A DNA stretch of 64,000 bases, taken from positions 45,733 through 109,732 of the forward strand of contig DATKCK010000005.1 in the NCBI GenBank assembly GCA_035513215.1, read 5' to 3'. Position 1 is the stretch's first letter. Each line of letters begins with the position of its first letter. The DNA is from Gammaproteobacteria bacterium. GTDB lineage: Bacteria > Pseudomonadota > Gammaproteobacteria > Steroidobacterales > Rariloculaceae. Shown in pieces: positions 1-9,623 of this stretch. The translations under genes and the position numbers were made by a program. The notes below the pieces were generated by a model. It was not told the origin of the DNA. It saw nothing but the letters and a program-made list of their open reading frames with translations, and did no database searches.

Positions 1-2
1 TC

Positions 3-2516
3 GTTGCCGCCGATCTCAACGATTCGCGTGAGGCGCTGCGGGCGGCCGAAGCAGCCGTTCTGGCAGGCCCCGACTCAGGCACGGCACTTGTCGCGCTGGC
101 GCTCGTGCAACGGGAACGGTTCGATCTCGCTGCCGCGCGAGAGATCCTAGGGCAAGCTGTGGCCGCCAGTCCCGACAGCGCCATTGCCTGGGCCAGACTC
201 GCGGAGCTCGAGCTCGAAATGGGAAGCCTGTCCGCTGCGCGTCAATCGGCCCGGCGCGCAGCCGAGCTCGACCCGGCACTCTCGCATGCGCCGACCGTGC
301 TCGGCTTCGCCGAGCTAATGAATCTTCGGTTCAGCGACGCCGAATCGTCTTTTCGCCGCGCAATCGTGCTCGACCAATCGGCGCCGCTGCCGCGGCTCGG
401 GCTTGGGCTGGCGCTGATCCGCCGAGGTGAGCTCGAGGCCGGGCGTGCCGAGCTCGAGCTGGCTGTGTTGCTGAGCCCGAACGACGCAATCCTTCGCAGC
501 TACGTCGCCAAGGCCTATTTCGACGAGCAGCGTGAGTCGTTGTCCGAGGTTCTCCTCGATCTTGCCCAGCGTCTCGAAGCCGACGAGCCGACGTCCTGGA
601 TGTACGCTGGCTTGCAGAAACAAGCCGCGAATCGACCGGTCGAGGCGATGCGCGATTTCCGTCGGGCGTCGGCGCTGAGCGACAACGAGGTGGTCTATCG
701 CTCACGGTTGCGCCTCGACGAGGACTTGGCCGTTAGAAGCGCTGCGCATGCGCGGCCGTTTAGAGATCTCGGGTTCGACCAGTTGGCACTGGTCTCTGGC
801 TGGCAATCTGTACTTGATACGCCGAGTGACTATTCCGGACACCGAATGCTAGCCGACAGTTACTCGAGCCTGCCGCGTCATCAGATCGCACGCGTCAACG
901 AGCTTTTCGTTTCGCAGCTTCTGCAGTCAACCAATCTCACGGCGATTCCCCCGCAGCTGGCCGAACCGAACCTGTTTATCGGAAACTTTCTGGGTGTCGA
1001 CTCGCTTGCCTTCAGCGAATTCAATCCGCTGCTGGCGCGAAATCACGTGACCGTTCAGGGTTCGGGTCTAGCCGGCGGAAACGATACCCGCAGCCATGAT
1101 CTCACGCTATCGGGCATCGACGATCGGCTATCGTTCAGCCTCGGGCAGTTCCGTTTCGAGACGAACGGCCTCCGCGAGAACAACGATCTCGAATCAACGG
1201 TCGACAACGCCTTCGTTCAGTTTCGACCCAATGCATCGACGAGCCTGCTGGGCGAATTTCGCTCAACGGATACCGTGAAGGGCGACCTGGGGTTTCTATT
1301 TGACCCGACGAACTTCAGCTCGCTGTTGCGTCAATCCGATGAGGTGGACGCACTGCGACTTGGCTTCCACCGTATTCGTAACGACCGAACGCAGCTCCTC
1401 GGTTCTGCTCAGTTTTACGATGGTGATTTGGCTGCAAGCATTGGACCCGTCTTTTCTTTGAACTCACGAATCGAGGGGTACAGCTATGATCTTCAGAGTT
1501 ACCATCGACTTCCTCGTTGGAAGATCGCCAGTGGCGTGACATTTGTGCGGAAGGACTCAATCGAATCGAGCTTGGCGATGATACCGCTGCCCGTGCCGCC
1601 GTTTCAGTCGGAGCAGTCCACGACCACAGTAACCCGAGCCGAGCAACTCAGCGCGTACAGTTACACGCAGTTCGCATGGACTGACAAGTTGACCGCTATC
1701 ATCGGTACCAGCCTTGACGTGATGGACAATCAGGATCGCGACTACCGGAACATTAGCCCCAAAGCCGGTCTCGTATGGGAGCCGATGAGCGGGACGACGG
1801 TGCGCCTCGCAGCGTTTCGCACGCTTCAAGGGCCGCTTGTGTCGAAGGAAATCGTTCCGCCGCGGCTCGAGCCAACACAAGTGGCTGGCTTCAATCAGTT
1901 CTTTTTCGGTTCGGAGGGCGACGAAGCCGCACGCTTGGGGCTTGGAATGGACCAGCAGGCAAGCGATAGCTTGCACTGGGGTGCTGAGCTATCGGCACGG
2001 GATATTCAAAGTAAGATCTTTGTAGTCGATGTCGGGGGTGGAAACACGGTTCTGCCTGTCGAAACCGATGAAACGCTGGCTCGGGCTTATGCTTATTGGA
2101 CGCTGACCGACACGATGGCCCTAAGCGCCGAATTTCAGCGCGAGACAATTGACAATAACGGTGACGTCCTCGCCGACGGATACGCCACGCTTCGCACGAC
2201 GCGGGTCCCGCTGGGCCTCAGATACTTTCACCCGCGCGGTCTTCGGGCAGGGCTGGAGACGACTTATGTCCATCAGTCCGGCGCCTTCGGCGAGCGCGGC
2301 CCGGGCGGCATCATCGATACGATCAACCCCGATTCCGACAGATTCTGGGTCGCTGACGCGTTCATCGGGTATCGATTGCCCGGCCGCCACGGGATCCTTA
2401 GTCTGCACATACAAAACCTGACGGACGAGACCTTCCGCTTCCAGGATACGGACCCGGAGAACCCGAGTATTATGCCCGAGCGGCTCGTCTCGCTCCGGTT
2501 GACGCTTGCTTTATAG
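3..2516 (+). CDS. TPR-repeat protein with C-terminal outer-membrane beta-barrel domain (5' end outside window)
   Basis: The frame is open from nt 3 (VAADLNDSREALRAAEAAVLAGPDSGTALVALALVQRERFDL...), so the GTG at 105 used by the ORF track is internal. The first ~250 aa are Ala/Leu-rich TPR-like helices (AWARLAELELEMGSLSAARQSARRAAELDP; LGLGLALIRRGELEAGRAELELAVLLSP). The remainder shows an alternating-hydrophobic strand pattern with a TonB-receptor-like tail (HIQNLTDETFRFQD...LVSLRLTLAL). Confidence 0.6.
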   Translation, partial: VAADLNDSREALRAAEAAVLAGPDSGTALVALALVQRERFDLAAAREILGQAVAASPDSAIAWARLAELELEMGSLSAARQSARRAAELDPALSHAPTVLGFAELMNLRFSDAESSFRRAIVLDQSAPLPRLGLGLALIRRGELEAGRAELELAVLLSPNDAILRSYVAKAYFDEQRESLSEVLLDLAQRLEADEPTSWMYAGLQKQAANRPVEAMRDFRRASALSDNEVVYRSRLRLDEDLAVRSAAHARPFRDLGFDQLALVSGWQSVLDTPSDYSGHRMLADSYSSLPRHQIARVNELFVSQLLQSTNLTAIPPQLAEPNLFIGNFLGVDSLAFSEFNPLLARNHVTVQGSGLAGGNDTRSHDLTLSGIDDRLSFSLGQFRFETNGLRENNDLESTVDNAFVQFRPNASTSLLGEFRSTDTVKGDLGFLFDPTNFSSLLRQSDEVDALRLGFHRIRNDRTQLLGSAQFYDGDLAASIGPVFSLNSRIEGYSYDLQSYHRLPRWKIASGVTFVRKDSIESSLAMIPLPVPPFQSEQSTTTVTRAEQLSAYSYTQFAWTDKLTAIIGTSLDVMDNQDRDYRNISPKAGLVWEPMSGTTVRLAAFRTLQGPLVSKEIVPPRLEPTQVAGFNQFFFGSEGDEAARLGLGMDQQASDSLHWGAELSARDIQSKIFVVDVGGGNTVLPVETDETLARAYAYWTLTDTMALSAEFQRETIDNNGDVLADGYATLRTTRVPLGLRYFHPRGLRAGLETTYVHQSGAFGERGPGGIIDTINPDSDRFWVADAFIGYRLPGRHGILSLHIQNLTDETFRFQDTDPENPSIMPERLVSLRLTLAL

Positions 2517-2576
2517 ATTGCGTCAGCCGGCCTGGTGGTCTTTAATTCGGCAACTAACAAAGAGAAAGTTCAAAGG

Positions 2577-3020
2577 ATGAAAGCGAAACTCCGCGACCAG
2601 GACGAAGTCGTAACCAGCTTGTACTCGAGTCTCAACAAGGTCACTCGTCATCTTCGCCATATCGAGCTGCCGAAGGGCTTTACGCCGGAGCGCTTCAGAA
2701 CGCTGGCGACCATTCACATGCATGGGCCAATTTCGGTGACGGGCTTGGCCGAGATGGAGGAATTGCGGCCGGCGACGGTATCGCGCATGGTGTCGTCGCT
2801 CGAAGGCGAAGGCCTCATCAAACGGCGAGACGCCAAGGACGACAGGCGCAGCGTGCTGATCTCGACGACGCCGAAGGGACGCCAGATGTACATGCGCGCC
2901 AATCAGCGCTATCTCGAATACTTGGGCGAAGCCATCACTAGCCTCGACCCCGATCAGGTCAAGCTCATGAGCGATCTCGCCGTAATGCTCGAGAAGCTTA
3001 GCGGCGCGCTGGAGAAGTAA
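2577..3020 (+). CDS. MarR-family transcriptional regulator
   Basis: Winged-helix signature LTPERFRTLATIHMHGPISVTGLAEMEELRPATVSRMVSSLEGEGLIKRRDAKDDRRSVLISTTPKGR. The ATG at 2577 is preceded by aaagg. The ORF-track start at 2535 is an alternative. Confidence 0.85.
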   Translation: MKAKLRDQDEVVTSLYSSLNKVTRHLRHIELPKGFTPERFRTLATIHMHGPISVTGLAEMEELRPATVSRMVSSLEGEGLIKRRDAKDDRRSVLISTTPKGRQMYMRANQRYLEYLGEAITSLDPDQVKLMSDLAVMLEKLSGALEK

Positions 3021-3284
3021 GGCCTCCGCGCGCGGCCCTGTAATTACTTGCTCTAATAGTCAGATTTCGTGCGCCTCTCCCGTCGAGTGGCGAGATCGTG
3101 ACGCATCATGAGCACGTGGATCTTGCGACGGGCGTTCGCGGCGCTCTGGACAGGCAGGGCCTCGATCCAATAGACTAGAAGTTAGTGAGCTAATACAAAT
3201 ACGGGATCGAGCCGATCGATCGGCCGTTTAGGTCTTGCCACCGCCAGAAGCCTTGGTCCCCGACTCTGCGGCGGTGGCTCTCTA

Positions 3285-3316
3285 GATGCGAGGCCGGCCC
3301 CAACCGGCCTCGCATC
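3285..3316. terminator. Strong GC hairpin (13-bp perfect stem, 6-nt loop) followed on the + strand by GTCTTTTCTC
   Basis: gatgcgaggccgg / ccccaa / ccggcctcgcatc, read directly. It lies 13 nt downstream of the stop of the minus-strand gene 3329..3691. The U-tract is on the + strand only, so it may terminate transcription in both directions or end a + strand transcript. Confidence 0.6.
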
Positions 3317-3328
3317 GTCTTTTCTCGC

Positions 3329-3691
3329 CTAGGAAAGCCGGTGGCTCAAGGAGCCGGGCAAGGCCGATTCGACGCGGGACACGGCCTCCTCGATCTCGTA
3401 GTCGTAAGAGCTTTGTCTTACGACTTCCTTCGCTTCGGAAAGGCATCGATCGAGAGTCTGTAATTGAGCTGAATTCAGCGTGTCGAGCTGAGATTCCAGC
3501 GCCGAGGGGTCGATATCGAACAGGGGACGCGTCAGGATCGCGCGTAACGCGCTGCCTCTTTCCTCGCCGAGACTCTTGGCAGTTTCATCGGAAAGCCGGT
3601 CCACGATTCGTTTCATCGTGTTCTTGCGCAGGCTTTGAAAATCCTGCACCAGCTTGCTGACCGCAACCTCGTTGCCGCCTTCACTCGACAT
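3329..3691 (-). CDS. Hypothetical protein (120 aa, acidic, apparently all-helical)
   Basis: Clean ORF with an AT-rich promoter-like stretch just upstream (3692-3722) and a hairpin just downstream. No signal peptide and no motif I recognise. Confidence 0.5.
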   Translation of the reverse strand: MSSEGGNEVAVSKLVQDFQSLRKNTMKRIVDRLSDETAKSLGEERGSALRAILTRPLFDIDPSALESQLDTLNSAQLQTLDRCLSEAKEVVRQSSYDYEIEEAVSRVESALPGSLSHRLS

Positions 3692-3844
3692 GGGTTAAAT
3701 AATTAGTTAGGGAGCGCACATAATGGATCATCGGTCCATGCTAGCAGAAGCGAACGAAATCTCAAGCGGCGCCAATCGACAAAGACCGCTTAGACTTGCC
3801 GTCGGACCGATTCAGCGTGAACGCCATGACCCGATGCTCGTCTT

Positions 3845-5272
3845 ATGCAGACTGAACCGCCCATCATCGTCTGGTTTCGTCAGGATCTGCGGCTCGCCGA
3901 CAACCAGGCGCTCGACGCCGCGGCGCGGTCGACCCATCCGGTGTTGCCGATCTACGTTCTCGACGACGCGGCGGCGGGGGAGTGGGCGATGGGCGGCGCG
4001 AGCCGGTGGTGGCTGCACCAGAGTCTCGCCGCGCTCGGGAAGGAGCTCGGCGGAGCCTTGCGTTGCTTCGCCGGGCCCGCCGATACCGTCGTTCCCGCGC
4101 TTACGCGGGAAACCGGCGCCCTGGCCGTATATATCAATCGATGCGTGGAGCCATGGCGCCGGGAGCGGGACGCAAGAATCGGGACGGACCTCGCGGCGCT
4201 TGGAATCGAGCTCAAGCTCTTCGCAGGTCCGACGCTCTTCGATCCGGCGCGCGTCCTGAAGGCCGATGGCACGCCGTATCGCGTGTTCACGCCGTTCTAT
4301 CGCAAAGGCTGCCTCGAGCGCGCGGAGCCGCCACGCGAGCCTCTCGTGGCACCGCGGGCGCTGCGCACCTTCCGTCTGGGGAGAGACGCCTCCGTCGGCT
4401 CGCTCGGGCTTATGCCGAAGATTCCATGGTATCGGCCGCTGCAGAGCCAATGGCGCTGCGGTGAAGCCGGCGCGCTCGCTCGCCTCGATGCCTTCCTCGA
4501 TTCGGGGCTTCGCGGTTACGCGCAAGGGCGGGATCGTCCGGATCTCGCGCACGTCTCGAGGCTGTCGCCGCACTTGCATTTCGGCGAGATCTCACCGAAT
4601 CAGGTCTGGCACACGGTCCTGCCGCTCGGCAACGATCGGTCGCTGGCCGACGACGTCGATGTGTTCCTGAGCGAGCTCGGCTGGCGCGAGTTCTCGAACT
4701 ATCTGCTATGGCACTGGCGGTCGCTTCCGATCGAGAATCTGCAGGGCCGGTTCGACCGCTTTCCCTGGGAGTCGCATGCCGACGGGCTCGGGCGCTGGCA
4801 AAGAGGCGAAACGGGATATCCGATGATCGATGCCGGAATGCGCGAGCTCTGGCAGACTGGTTATATGCATAATCGCGTCAGGATGATAACGGGCTCATTT
4901 CTCGTGAAAAACCTGCTTCAGCACTGGCACCACGGCGAGCGCTGGTTCTGGGACACGCTCGTCGACGCCGATCTCGCGAACAACAGCGCAAGCTGGCAGT
5001 GGGTCGCCGGGACCGGTGCCGACGCGGCACCTTACTTCCGCGTATTCAACCCCGTGACGCAGGGCCAGCGGTTCGATCCGAAGGGCGACTATGTCCGCCG
5101 GTTCGTACCGGAGCTCGAGCGCCTCAAGGGCCCTGAGGTTCACATGCCCTGGAAGGCGCCGGCAGCGGTTCAGAGCGGCCTCGACTATCCGAAGCCGATA
5201 GTCGAGCTCAAGGCGTCTCGCGCGCGCGCGCTCGCGGCGTTCGAATCAATATCCGGAGAGGCCGGCCGATGA
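3845..5272 (+). CDS. phrB: Deoxyribodipyrimidine photolyase (class I CPD photolyase/cryptochrome family)
   Basis: N-terminus IVWFRQDLRLADNQAL. FAD-binding block GYPMIDAGMRELWQTGYMHNRVRMITGSFLVKNL ... WQWVAGTGADAAPYFRVFNP. Confidence 0.9.
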   Translation: MQTEPPIIVWFRQDLRLADNQALDAAARSTHPVLPIYVLDDAAAGEWAMGGASRWWLHQSLAALGKELGGALRCFAGPADTVVPALTRETGALAVYINRCVEPWRRERDARIGTDLAALGIELKLFAGPTLFDPARVLKADGTPYRVFTPFYRKGCLERAEPPREPLVAPRALRTFRLGRDASVGSLGLMPKIPWYRPLQSQWRCGEAGALARLDAFLDSGLRGYAQGRDRPDLAHVSRLSPHLHFGEISPNQVWHTVLPLGNDRSLADDVDVFLSELGWREFSNYLLWHWRSLPIENLQGRFDRFPWESHADGLGRWQRGETGYPMIDAGMRELWQTGYMHNRVRMITGSFLVKNLLQHWHHGERWFWDTLVDADLANNSASWQWVAGTGADAAPYFRVFNPVTQGQRFDPKGDYVRRFVPELERLKGPEVHMPWKAPAAVQSGLDYPKPIVELKASRARALAAFESISGEAGR

Positions 5273-6171
5273 GCTATTTCGAATGTGCGTCGCCCGCCTG
5301 CTCCGCAACGGCCGGGCCGATCGAGCTCATCGTCCGGCCCGCGCGCCGGGATCTCGGCGAGTTCTCCGTCGCCCGCGCATTGCCGGCGCCGGAGCGGACG
5401 ATGGTCGGGCCCTTCATCTTCTTCGATCACATGGGTCCGGCCGATTTCGCGCCGGGACAGGGCATTCAGGTGCGGCCCCACCCCCATATCGGTATCGCAA
5501 CGATCACTTATCTCTTCGAGGGGCTGGTGATGCATCGCGACAGCCTCGGATTCATCCAGCCCATCGAGGCGGGCGCCGTCAATCTGATGGTGGCCGGCCG
5601 CGGCATCGTGCATTCCGAGCGGGCCGGCGACGACCTCAACGAGCAGTCGCGCCTGCACGGCATCCAGTCGTGGATGGCATTGCCGGATGCCGAGCTCGAG
5701 CACGACCCGGAGTTCATTCACTATCCGGCCGCGGAGATTCCGGCCTTCGAAGCGGGCGACGCGAGGGTTCGATTGATCATCGGCAAGGCTTTCGGGCGCG
5801 AGTCGCCCGTCAAGTCTTTCGTCGACACGCTCTACCTGGAAGCCCATGTTCCGGCCGGAGGGCGTTTGAGCCTCGGGGCTACGGTGCCCGAGCTTGCCGT
5901 CTATGTCGCCGGCGGCGAGGCCGATTGCGACGGCCATCGTCTACCTACGGGCGTCATGGCGATCGCTCGACCGGGCGCGTCGATCGATCTGGCGGCGCGC
6001 GGCGACTGCCGGCTAATGATTCTCGGCGGCGCGCCGGTCGGTCATCGGGAGATCTGGTGGAACTTCGTCGCGCCGACGGCGGGGCGCATCGAGAAAGCCA
6101 AGGCGGACTGGAGGGCGGGCCGCTTTCCGCTGATCGACGGAGACGACGAGTTCATTCCGTTGCCCGACTGA
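5269..6171 (+). CDS. Pirin-family (cupin) protein
   Basis: Cupin metal motif RPHPHIGIATITYLFEG..HRDSLG. ATGA stop/start overlap with phrB (5269-5272). Confidence 0.85.
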   Translation: MSYFECASPACSATAGPIELIVRPARRDLGEFSVARALPAPERTMVGPFIFFDHMGPADFAPGQGIQVRPHPHIGIATITYLFEGLVMHRDSLGFIQPIEAGAVNLMVAGRGIVHSERAGDDLNEQSRLHGIQSWMALPDAELEHDPEFIHYPAAEIPAFEAGDARVRLIIGKAFGRESPVKSFVDTLYLEAHVPAGGRLSLGATVPELAVYVAGGEADCDGHRLPTGVMAIARPGASIDLAARGDCRLMILGGAPVGHREIWWNFVAPTAGRIEKAKADWRAGRFPLIDGDDEFIPLPD

Positions 6172-6194
6172 GCCGGCGCCGGTGCTTGGGAAGT

Positions 6195-9100
6195 CTAATC
6201 CCGCTCGATCGTGTAGAGCAGATCCATGGCCTGGTACTCGCCGCTTCGCGCTTCGAGGCTCAGGTTGTCCGTGAGTCTGAACCGGAGCAAGAGCCCGCCG
6301 ATGCGGTTGATCAGCCCGTACGTGTAGCGCACGTACATCCTCGAATTGACCTGCTTGCCGGCCATGAGCTCGCCGGTATTTGCCTCGCTCGTGCGTACCC
6401 CGAGCTCGTCGAGCCCGATGGCCTCGCCGAAGTGCTGGATCTGCGGCAGAGCCTGCGTGATGCCGAGTGACAGCGCCGCGGCTTGCAGCGCCTCGGAGTT
6501 CTCGCGCGACGAATCCGACAACGGCCGGCCGACGGCGAGGTAGGAGATGATGTCGCCGTCGCTCATCGACGGCTCGGCATAGAGCCGGGTCACGGGCTCG
6601 CGCAAGGTGCCGGTGACCAGCACGCCCACCTCGACCTCGCCCCCCGACGTCTCGAAGCGCCTGATGCCGCGGATATCGAGCGTCGGATTCGTGACCTCCC
6701 CGGCAAAGAGAAGCTGACCGCGATCGAGCTCGAGCGTCTGGCCGAATGTCGCGTAGTCGCCAGCCAGTGTCAGCGTGCCGGTGGCAAACGTGGGCTGGCC
6801 GGAGCCGTAATCGAGATTGAGCTCGCCCTCGACCTGGGCATCGAGTCCGGATCCCGTGAGGCGCACGTCTTCGCCGAGGACGAGGCGCAGATCGGCCAGA
6901 ATCTCGAGCGGTCGCGGCGGCGCCTCGGCTTCAACGCCATGCACGACGACGTCGTCCGACGTCGTGACGCCCTGCGCAGGCAGCGCGTCGAGATTCAAGG
7001 CCGCGCTGGGAATGACGACCGTGCCGGTCACGTTGATCGTGGGCCATGCCGTGAACACGTCGAGATCCGGCGAAACGACGATCTGCGCTTCGGGAAGCTG
7101 CACGGCCTCGAGGTTCTCGCCGCTCACGCTCAAGTTCGTCGGCCATCCCGACTGCGGGTCGAGCAGCGTCTCGCCGGTGAGTCTTATCGTGCCGCCGCCG
7201 GCTGCCGCGGTGACCGAATAAACGAGCTCTCGGCCCGTGTCGCTCGATACGCTGGCGTCGACATCCTCGACGACGAGCCCCCAGAGAGGGACGGCGATCT
7301 CTCCATCCGTCCAGCTCGCCTCGCCCTGGACCTGCGGCGCTTCCAGAGGACCCGTCACGGCGAGCGAGAAATTCGCGGCGCCCGATACGTCGCCGATATC
7401 CGGACTCAGCAGGGTGAGGACACTCAGGTTCGCCCAGGTGCCCTCGACGATCACGTCGAGCTCGGGCGCCGGTGTCCAGATCTCGATCAGCGAGCCTGAA
7501 ATCTCGACGCTCGTATCCGCAGCCGTGCGAAATCCGGCCGAAGCATCGAGCCGGGATTCGGTCAGCTCCGCATCGATCGCAATGTCGTTGACGGGAATCG
7601 TCAGCGGCGCTTGCGCGTCGTTGATCGTGATGGCCGAGGAGCGGCCCCGCACGCTGGCCGTGCCGATCGGCCTCGACAACGAGCCTCGGAGGCTGACGCT
7701 GGCATCGTAAAGACCCGCAATCGTGACCGGTTCCGCGATCAGCGGCTCGAGCCAGGCGATGTCGAACGAGTCGACCGTCAGGTCGAGCTGATCGTCGTCG
7801 GTTCCGAATCGAGCGCCAAGGCAGAGGTTGGCGGACTCCTTCTCGAGGCACGCATATTCGAGGACGATCGATGCGGGGGAGACGGAAAGCCCGGTCGGCT
7901 CGGCCAGCGACCAGATGCCGAGAAGCTCCTGCTCGAGCACGGCCGACTCGATCTCGCCGGTCCATGACTCGCCGTCCCAGCTTCCGGTGGCGCTAAGACT
8001 GCCGGCGCCCGTCCGGGGCCGGACGTCGACGGTAACGGTGTGCGACGCCGTCGTTCCATCGATATTGCCCGTCAGCGTCTCGATGATCGGACGCGCCGCC
8101 GCGATGCCTTCGGCCTCGAAGCGAACAGCGACCTCGGCTTCCTGCCGGGCCGACACTCGGCCATCGACGCTGATACGATCGGCCGAGACGTTGCCGGCGG
8201 CGAACCCGTCGATTGTCGCCGTTCCGGTGAAGGCGGGCGTGTCGAGGCTGCCGCCGAGCTCGCCGTCGAGCATCAGATGGCCGTCGACGCCGGCAAGCAC
8301 CGCGCCGAGCTCGGGCGCGTCGAGCCTCACTGCCAAATCGAGCACCGATCCGATATCGCCCGAGACGGAGGTCCGATTTGCGCCCCATGAGAGCTCGACG
8401 TCGTCGAGCTGCCACTCGCCGGGCGCGCTCGAGGCGACGCCGCCGCTGCCCGCGACAGGAATATCGCGCAGCGTTCCGCCGATCTCGAGCTCGCTCACCG
8501 ACCATCGGAGCTCGGGCTCGACGGACCCGCGAGCCCGACCTTCGGCCTCGATCTCGCCGGGCCAACCCGCGACGAAGCGGCCCGGATCGATGCCCCGCGC
8601 TGCGACGTTCAGGTCGAAGCTCATCGAGTCGAGCTCGATATCCCCCTCGATGTCGGCTTCGCCGAGCTCACTGCCGATCGCGAGCTCGGCAAAGGCGACG
8701 GTCTCGGGAGTTGCCGAGCCCGTTGCCGAGAATGTGAGGCTCGTGTCTGCAACGATCGCCTGCCCCGACCCCGTGAACTCGATGCGCTCGAGCCAGCCGC
8801 TGAGCTCGACCGATCCTGAGGGGCTCTGCGCGAGGTCGAAGCCCGGCCAGCTGAGCGCTTCCCACGCGAGCCTGACCTCTGCCCGGGGCGCATCGCCGAG
8901 TGTGACCTCGCCGTCTGCCGTTACCGGAAACGGTGCGTCGAGCCGATGCTCGAACGCGATGGCGGCCAGCGAGCCCGAGGCTCGGCCACTGCCAGACCAT
9001 GCGATGCCGTCGATCTCCATCGACCAGCTGAACTCGGCGGCAAGCCCGAGGGGATCGGTGAGCTCGAGACTGGCATCGCCTTCGATGCTGACCCCCGAGG

Positions 9101-9623
9101 TCGACGTCGTCAGGTTCGTCAGCCTGAGCGCCGAGCCTTCGAGCTCACCGGTGAAGGACGTTGCGCCGAAAGCGAGCTCGGCCTCGGACGTCGCCACATC
9201 GAGCGCGCCGATCGTCGCCCGGCGAAGCTCGATCGAGACCGGCAGGTCGAGCGCGGTGCCCGCGTCCGATGCCTCGTCTCCCGGCGCTTCGGTCTGCGAG
9301 TAGCTTACCGCCCCGGCCGAGAGCTCATAGATCACGAGCCGGCGAGCAAAGAGCTCGGACAGGCTGGCACGGACCGTTAAGGCATCGATGTCGATTTCGG
9401 CATCGGCCAGGACAATGCGAACGCCGGAGACCGAGATTCCGTCGAGCAGCGTTCCGCTGACGGCGCCGAGCTCGAGTGCCGGTCCGGCTCTCGCAGCGAT
9501 CTGGCGCAGGATCCAGCTCGTCCCCGAATCCGTGCGAACGATCCAGAGCAAGCTGCTTCCGACCGCAACGGCTGCGAGCACGATGAGGGCGGCCGCGCCG
9601 AGCAGCACACGGCGCCATTTCAC
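6195..9623 (-). CDS. tamB: Translocation and assembly module subunit TamB (DUF490 C-terminus)
   Basis: Signal-anchor VKWRRVLLGAAALIVLAAVAVG, a long beta-rich body, and a C-terminal end ...YVRYTYGLINRIGGLLLRFRLTDNLSLEARSGEYQAMDLLYTIERD. The GTG at 9623 overlaps the tamA TGA (GTGA). The 218-aa N-terminal extension in the ORF track overlaps tamA and is Arg-rich junk. Confidence 0.85.
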   Translation of the reverse strand: MKWRRVLLGAAALIVLAAVAVGSSLLWIVRTDSGTSWILRQIAARAGPALELGAVSGTLLDGISVSGVRIVLADAEIDIDALTVRASLSELFARRLVIYELSAGAVSYSQTEAPGDEASDAGTALDLPVSIELRRATIGALDVATSEAELAFGATSFTGELEGSALRLTNLTTSTSGVSIEGDASLELTDPLGLAAEFSWSMEIDGIAWSGSGRASGSLAAIAFEHRLDAPFPVTADGEVTLGDAPRAEVRLAWEALSWPGFDLAQSPSGSVELSGWLERIEFTGSGQAIVADTSLTFSATGSATPETVAFAELAIGSELGEADIEGDIELDSMSFDLNVAARGIDPGRFVAGWPGEIEAEGRARGSVEPELRWSVSELEIGGTLRDIPVAGSGGVASSAPGEWQLDDVELSWGANRTSVSGDIGSVLDLAVRLDAPELGAVLAGVDGHLMLDGELGGSLDTPAFTGTATIDGFAAGNVSADRISVDGRVSARQEAEVAVRFEAEGIAAARPIIETLTGNIDGTTASHTVTVDVRPRTGAGSLSATGSWDGESWTGEIESAVLEQELLGIWSLAEPTGLSVSPASIVLEYACLEKESANLCLGARFGTDDDQLDLTVDSFDIAWLEPLIAEPVTIAGLYDASVSLRGSLSRPIGTASVRGRSSAITINDAQAPLTIPVNDIAIDAELTESRLDASAGFRTAADTSVEISGSLIEIWTPAPELDVIVEGTWANLSVLTLLSPDIGDVSGAANFSLAVTGPLEAPQVQGEASWTDGEIAVPLWGLVVEDVDASVSSDTGRELVYSVTAAAGGGTIRLTGETLLDPQSGWPTNLSVSGENLEAVQLPEAQIVVSPDLDVFTAWPTINVTGTVVIPSAALNLDALPAQGVTTSDDVVVHGVEAEAPPRPLEILADLRLVLGEDVRLTGSGLDAQVEGELNLDYGSGQPTFATGTLTLAGDYATFGQTLELDRGQLLFAGEVTNPTLDIRGIRRFETSGGEVEVGVLVTGTLREPVTRLYAEPSMSDGDIISYLAVGRPLSDSSRENSEALQAAALSLGITQALPQIQHFGEAIGLDELGVRTSEANTGELMAGKQVNSRMYVRYTYGLINRIGGLLLRFRLTDNLSLEARSGEYQAMDLLYTIERD

